The notes beneath the pieces are model-generated. The model had not been told where the DNA came from, did not search any database, and saw only the letters and a list, made by a program, of their open reading frames with translations. Position numbers and translations under genes: made by a program. Positions 58,963-64,000 of a DNA stretch of 64,000 bases are shown here, piece after piece. The stretch lies in NCBI RefSeq assembly GCF_032878975.1, contig NZ_CP043875.1, forward strand, positions 734,370 through 798,369, given 5' to 3'. This DNA is from Methanochimaera problematica. Its GTDB lineage: Archaea; Halobacteriota; Methanomicrobia; Methanomicrobiales; Methanomicrobiaceae. Position 1 is the stretch's first letter, and each line of letters begins with the position of its first letter.

Positions 58963-60426
58963 ATGGAAAAAAAATTATTTTTAATTTTAGCGATATTTTT
59001 AATTTTATTAATTTTAATTCCGTTTTCATACGCCTATTTTTTGGCTCCAATTAAAGATGATCCGGATATTATCTTCTCGACATATTTTGGCGGAAGTGGT
59101 GAGGATTTTGCATCATGTATGGCAGAAGGATACAGTAATGAAATATACATTGCAGGTCAGACGCAATCCACAGATCTGCCTGTGAACAGAAATCTATCCG
59201 GATTTTTTCCTGGTTCACAGGATATATTTATTGCCTGTTTTAATCCTGATGTGGGTAATTTTACTGAGATTACGTACTTTGGAGGTTCCGGGGATGAAAA
59301 TGTAAAAGCGATACATTTTGGGGAAGATGGAAAAATATACATTTCCGGGAGTACATCATCAACTGATTTTCCTGTTACGCCGGATGCATTTCAAAAAAGC
59401 AATTCCGGTAAATGGGATGGATATATTTCGGTTTTTGACCCTAAATTAGAAAAACTGGAATTTTCATCATATATTGGCGGTGAGGAACAGGATAGTATTC
59501 AGGATATGGTTATTGATGAAAATAATTATGCGTACATCACCGGAGTTACTGATTCATCCAGTTATCCTGTTTTAAAAGATTCTTTCCAGGGGAAAAAAAG
59601 TGGTAAGAGAGACGGTTTTGTTTCAATAATTGATCTGAATAAAGGAGAAATAATTCATTCAACTTTTTTAGGTGGGGCTAGTGATGATTACGGTGAATCC
59701 CTTGGAATAGATGAAGACAAAAATGTTTACATCACAGGTTATAGTTATTCGTCAAAGACCAGATCTTTCCCTTTGAAAAATGAACTGTTTGGGCCATCAC
59801 CTTTTTCATACGATGCATTTATTACATCATTTTACTCGGATTTGTCAGATATAAAATATTCTACATATTTTGGCGGAGACAGTGGAGACAGGGGTACAGA
59901 TATATGTGTTCTGGAAGACGGTGATGTATATTTAACAGGTTATACATATTCAGATAATTTTCCGGTAGTAAATGCATTTCAGAACAATTTTTCAGGAGAT
60001 AAAAATTCAGATGCATTTATTGTGAGAATAAATAGTGACTGTTCTGAAATTATTTTTTCAACTTATCTGGGTGGAACAGGCAACGATTTTTCTAATTCAA
60101 TCTCTATTGGTGAAGATGGTTTAATTTATATTTCAGGGAGCACATCATCAGATGATTTTCCGGGGGTTTTGAATAATCCTCTCATAAAAGACGAAAACTC
60201 TGAAGTTGATGCATTTCTGACAATATTTTTGCCGGATGCAAAAAATATTGTTTCATCTAAAAAATTTGGTGGAGAGAAATTTGATTCTGCTTTGGCTCTT
60301 GTTGATATGGATTCAGGAGTATGTATTGCGGGCAGAACAAGTTCCAATAATTTTTATCTGGAAAACCCGAATTTTAATAATAATGAAGATTCATACGATG
60401 CATTCCTGACAATATTTCCTAAATAA
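58963..60426 (+). CDS. SBBP beta-propeller repeat surface protein
   Basis: Repeated [ST]TYFGG.G.D......DG.IYI.G.T.S.DFPV units (SBBP/PF06739-like) and an N-terminal TM/signal. Confidence 0.65.
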   Translation: MEKKLFLILAIFLILLILIPFSYAYFLAPIKDDPDIIFSTYFGGSGEDFASCMAEGYSNEIYIAGQTQSTDLPVNRNLSGFFPGSQDIFIACFNPDVGNFTEITYFGGSGDENVKAIHFGEDGKIYISGSTSSTDFPVTPDAFQKSNSGKWDGYISVFDPKLEKLEFSSYIGGEEQDSIQDMVIDENNYAYITGVTDSSSYPVLKDSFQGKKSGKRDGFVSIIDLNKGEIIHSTFLGGASDDYGESLGIDEDKNVYITGYSYSSKTRSFPLKNELFGPSPFSYDAFITSFYSDLSDIKYSTYFGGDSGDRGTDICVLEDGDVYLTGYTYSDNFPVVNAFQNNFSGDKNSDAFIVRINSDCSEIIFSTYLGGTGNDFSNSISIGEDGLIYISGSTSSDDFPGVLNNPLIKDENSEVDAFLTIFLPDAKNIVSSKKFGGEKFDSALALVDMDSGVCIAGRTSSNNFYLENPNFNNNEDSYDAFLTIFPK

Positions 60427-60752
60427 GTAAATTTCAAAAAAAGATTCATTTTTAATAAGCATGGTTTTTATATGCAATCTTAAATAAACCCAAAAATCCT
60501 ATATTTTTCCAAAATAAATTATTATGGTCTGTTTTTTATTTGTTTGCCAGAACTGTTGGGCAAATGTATATATGTATCAATAATTTATGATGGAATTGGT
60601 TACATTAATCCATGGAACAAAAGTTTCAGTTTTGATTGTATGTAATCCTCGAAATCAGGATTAATGATAAAGGGAATCCTGTTTCATTTAAATTTATGGT
60701 TTGAGATGTCTAAAAAAGATGAAATGAGACATCTTTATAGCCTAAAGGATGT

Positions 60753-61901
60753 GTGAAAAAAATGATGCAAAGAACAACAAAAATTGGAGTTGTATTTTTC
60801 CTTGTAGTTGCATTTGCCCTGGCAGTTCCTGCTATGGCAGATACAATGTCTACAGGGGTTTCAATTGCAGCAGGGGGCGGAGATCCACCGGTCATCATGT
60901 GCAAATGGGAACAGGATGAGAGTGGATATCTGGAAGAAGGAGATATCAGCCATATTTGGCCTGGTTCACAATTCCTTCCAAACACAGTATTTGAAGGAAC
61001 GACAACCATAAAGTATTATGCAGTTCTTTTTGATGAGCAGGATGGAGGAAATGTAAAAATTGTTTCTGCATATGTTTATCACCCTGACCTTTATGGCATG
61101 GAAGAGGGAGACTGGGAGCCGTTCAAATACCAGGTAAGACTTAGCAAAGTGGGTCACGGACCTGATGAAATCGCTATGGTAGAAGATGCTGTAATGGCAG
61201 GTCTTGTTGAATTTGGATATACCAATGATGGAAGCGAGGTTGTATGGAATGGTGACGACAAGACTTCGGTCAAACTACTTCTTGAAAAAGGTACTGCAGA
61301 TCTCTGGGAAGGAGAAGCGATAATACATTATTGTCAGCCTGCCGGAGAGTACGAAGTAGTAATGAAAGCGATGGACCAGAATGATGTTGCTGCAAATGAC
61401 CTCGTGAATGTATTTGATTATCTGCCTGTAGATATGGCTGAGTTTGACTTTGCCTCTGTAGACTATGGCAGCACAACAGTTTGCACCAACAAGTGGGCAA
61501 CCGGAAACACGATCTTTTTAGATGAGGACGGTTACCCTACTGTAAGAAATGTCGGAAATATTCCCTTAAATGTTGTTATTGTAAGACAGGACGACATGGG
61601 ATTCGGATATGATAATGAGGGCAACTGGGATGTCACGTTTGATGCCCGCCTTGGAAATGACGGGGTAGGCCAGGTAATTACATATGATCCTGTAAAGATT
61701 ACAGATCCTGGTCAGAATGCGGTTCTTCCTAATATCCTCTGGATGTGCCACAGTGAAGAACTTGACTTCTCCATTCATATACTGAAAGGATGGTATACGG
61801 ATGATCCGCACATTGGAACAATGACTCTTGGAACAACTCCTTCAGAAATTGCACCGTCATGGTCTAATGGAGGATGGATCTACTATTCCAATAGTGGTTA
61901 A
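60753..61901 (+). CDS. Secreted acidic protein of unknown function (compositionally atypical, higher GC)
   Basis: A signal peptide (KIGVVFFLVVAFALAVPAMA). Its codon usage is visibly more GC-rich than that of its neighbours. Confidence 0.6.
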   Translation: MKKMMQRTTKIGVVFFLVVAFALAVPAMADTMSTGVSIAAGGGDPPVIMCKWEQDESGYLEEGDISHIWPGSQFLPNTVFEGTTTIKYYAVLFDEQDGGNVKIVSAYVYHPDLYGMEEGDWEPFKYQVRLSKVGHGPDEIAMVEDAVMAGLVEFGYTNDGSEVVWNGDDKTSVKLLLEKGTADLWEGEAIIHYCQPAGEYEVVMKAMDQNDVAANDLVNVFDYLPVDMAEFDFASVDYGSTTVCTNKWATGNTIFLDEDGYPTVRNVGNIPLNVVIVRQDDMGFGYDNEGNWDVTFDARLGNDGVGQVITYDPVKITDPGQNAVLPNILWMCHSEELDFSIHILKGWYTDDPHIGTMTLGTTPSEIAPSWSNGGWIYYSNSG

Positions 61902-62069
61902 TTACCCTGAAAAAAATTCAATCAATTTTGCCTAAAAAAAGGCAAATAAAACAAATTTTTATTTTTCAAAAATGTATCCTGAGTGATATTTTACCAAATA
62001 TTTATAAGAACTGCTTATCTGATCAATGTGGAAAAACTATTTATATCTCCACATAAAGAAGATACTCCT

Positions 62070-63290
62070 ATGAGGGGGATATATTCAGGTATTAAATTAA
62101 TTACATTTCTGATATTATTATCAGTATTTATATGTGCATTTGCCAGCGCTGCGGGAATTGCAGTGACGCCGTCAAAAATGACAATTGACAACGCTGTAAG
62201 GGGTGGTGAATATGAGAATACGATTATTGTATTCAATCCCAATGACTATCCGATTCTTGCTGAAGTCAGTGTTTCAGGAGATGTCGCGAACTGGGTGAAA
62301 GTTTATAATGAAAATGACAGAGAAGAGCCGGTCTCTGAAATTTCCATAAAAGAATCAAATCTTAGATTGGTTGTTGTAGTTAATGTTCCTGATGATGCAG
62401 TGAATGGTATACACAATGCCAAGGTAAACATTGAAACAAAATCATCAAAAGACAGTTCCGGAAATGTCGGGGCAACACTGAAAGTGAGAGCCACATCTTC
62501 AATTAATGTTGATGTTTCAGGAATAGAAATAAAAGATGGGGTTTGTGATTATATTAAAATCAGTGATTCTGAGGTTGATTATCCGGTGCCAATTAATTTT
62601 GTGTTTAAAAATACCGGCAATGTAGTTATTAGTCCTGAGATTTCAGTGACAGTTAAAAAAGACGGTAGTATCATTGATACATTCTCAAAAATTACTGTTC
62701 CTGTAAAACCCGGAGTAAAAGAAGAAATATTGGAAGAATGGGAAAACAAAGGACTTGAAAGCGGCGATTATGTTGCAGTTGTTGCCGTTTCTGTTGATGG
62801 TAAAGTAATTAAAAAAGAAGAATCTGATTTTAAACTAATTCCCAAAGGTACATTTTCACGCCAGGGAGAATTTAAAAAACTGACTTATGAAGGAACAGCT
62901 ACTGCCGGTAAAATCACCAAAATAATTGGTACTTTTGTGAATACCGGTGAAATTTCTACAAAAGCAAAATTGGCGGGTGAAATTTACAAAGATGGATCTT
63001 TAGATTCCACCTTTGAAACGGATGATCTAATGGTTTCAGTACTTGATACAGAAGATCTGGTTTATTACTTCAAGCCTGAAGAAAGCGGAGAGTATACAGT
63101 CAAGGCAGTAGTCAATTATGAAGGCAAAAAAACCGATGAAAAAGAGGTATCATTAACTATAACGGGCCAGAATTCGTTAACATCTTCTGATACAAAGAAG
63201 AGTGAATCACAGGCTCCTGTAGGAGTCATTACGATTGTTGGATCAATAATATTTGCTATCTGCCTGATATATGGCAGAAAACAAAACTAA
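62070..63290 (+). CDS. CARDB-like repeat cell-surface protein with a PGF-CTERM-like C-terminal anchor
   Basis: A signal peptide, repeated beta-sandwich segments (NVPDDAVNG, KNTGNVVISPEISV, VNTGEISTKAKL), and a C-terminal PVGVITIVGSIIFAICLIYGRKQN anchor. Confidence 0.6.
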   Translation: MRGIYSGIKLITFLILLSVFICAFASAAGIAVTPSKMTIDNAVRGGEYENTIIVFNPNDYPILAEVSVSGDVANWVKVYNENDREEPVSEISIKESNLRLVVVVNVPDDAVNGIHNAKVNIETKSSKDSSGNVGATLKVRATSSINVDVSGIEIKDGVCDYIKISDSEVDYPVPINFVFKNTGNVVISPEISVTVKKDGSIIDTFSKITVPVKPGVKEEILEEWENKGLESGDYVAVVAVSVDGKVIKKEESDFKLIPKGTFSRQGEFKKLTYEGTATAGKITKIIGTFVNTGEISTKAKLAGEIYKDGSLDSTFETDDLMVSVLDTEDLVYYFKPEESGEYTVKAVVNYEGKKTDEKEVSLTITGQNSLTSSDTKKSESQAPVGVITIVGSIIFAICLIYGRKQN

Positions 63291-63570
63291 TTTTTATTTT
63301 TAAGCTGCTATTTGTTATGATAGCATCTCTTTGATTTGTGTCACAAAAATTTCATGAAATTTATAGGATTTTTATCTTTTACTTCAACATAAATATGTAA
63401 ATTATTTATCAAATTTATTGTAATTATTAGAAAATCTGCATATCAGATTTGCTGTCTGAATCATACAACATACTCTTATTAAGAAACAAAAGGAATATCC
63501 CGCTTACCGGATGAAAACATGCTTTGAATTTTGGAATTTAAAAATTGTTTTTATTCAAGGGGGTTAATCG

Positions 63571-64000
63571 ATGGTGCATAATGGTATGGAATATGGCAAT
63601 ATTTTAAACTTCAGGCTGTTTTTGTTATTTATTTTTGTCACTCTTTTTATTGCAAATCCGGCTTATGCAGAACCCTTGCTGGATCTGCAGAATTCAGTTG
63701 AACCGCCAATCATCAATATAAATAATTGTACGGAACTTCAGAATAAAACGACTGTTAGTGTTGATGTATCGGGGTTTGGTGAAGAGAATTTAAATAAGGA
63801 ATTTGATGTTGTATTTGGTTTGGATTTCAGAGACGGGGTTGACTGGAGTGAGCCCTCTGATCCTGTAAAAGAAGCATTAATATCATTTGTTGATTCTCTT
63901 GACTATGATAATAATCAGGCAGGATTCGTTTTCTGGAATGATACTGTTGGTTTTAAGCTGGATTTTACAAGTGATTTTGATACTGCAAAGGATTTGTTTG
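63571..64000 (+). CDS. Secreted vWA-domain protein (5' fragment, continues beyond the window)
   Basis: A GGGG SD precedes it. It has a signal peptide, then DVVFGLDFRDG...SEP vWA MIDAS-like motifs. Confidence 0.5.
   Translation, partial: MVHNGMEYGNILNFRLFLLFIFVTLFIANPAYAEPLLDLQNSVEPPIININNCTELQNKTTVSVDVSGFGEENLNKEFDVVFGLDFRDGVDWSEPSDPVKEALISFVDSLDYDNNQAGFVFWNDTVGFKLDFTSDFDTAKDLF

Noticed and set aside
1-64000. CRISPR arrays / cas genes
   Set aside because: I found no series of evenly spaced 25-40 nt direct repeats and no Cas-like proteins anywhere in the window.

Overview
This 64 kb window looks like an AT-rich methanogenic archaeon (Methanomicrobia-like). The diagnostic genes are TFE, aTrm56, a methanogenesis-marker-8-like protein, the DUF39-CBS/NIL-ferredoxin homocysteine pair, a coenzyme F390 synthetase-like ligase, an FTR-rubredoxin ferredoxin:disulfide reductase, and Shine-Dalgarno-like GGAGG sites.

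Housekeeping core:
- An adenine deaminase 3' portion with an in-frame TGA.
- alaS.
- A complete tetrapyrrole trunk operon: sirC-hemA-hemB-hemL-hemC-cobA.
- hisH, hypD, and three tRNAs: Leu-GAG (minus), Gly-GCC and Arg-CCG (plus).
- Several HTH-PAS/GAF sensor proteins.

Accessory content worth attention:
1. A tightly packed six-gene plus-strand module at 28.1-32.6 kb. It has three paralogous proteins with an N-terminal zinc ribbon, a small membrane protein, a coiled-coil protein, and an SPFH/Band-7 protein with a triple C-terminal zinc ribbon. This is the best candidate for an undescribed membrane-associated system, possibly analogous to bacterial pspA-ydjGHI.
2. A very AT-rich ~2.3 kb islet directly 3' of tRNA-Arg (37.05-39.35 kb) carrying three co-directional overlapping orphan ORFs, one with an Rx4H HEPN-like motif.
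3. A thiol-redox cluster: FTR-rubredoxin, Grx-like, 2H phosphoesterase, F390 synthetase-like.
4. A cell-surface protein cluster at 54.5-64 kb: a NosD-like beta-helix with five FN3 repeats, an SBBP-repeat protein, a CARDB-like protein with a PGF-CTERM-like anchor, a compositionally atypical secreted protein, and a vWA fragment.

No CRISPR array, rRNA, or clear IS/transposase was seen.
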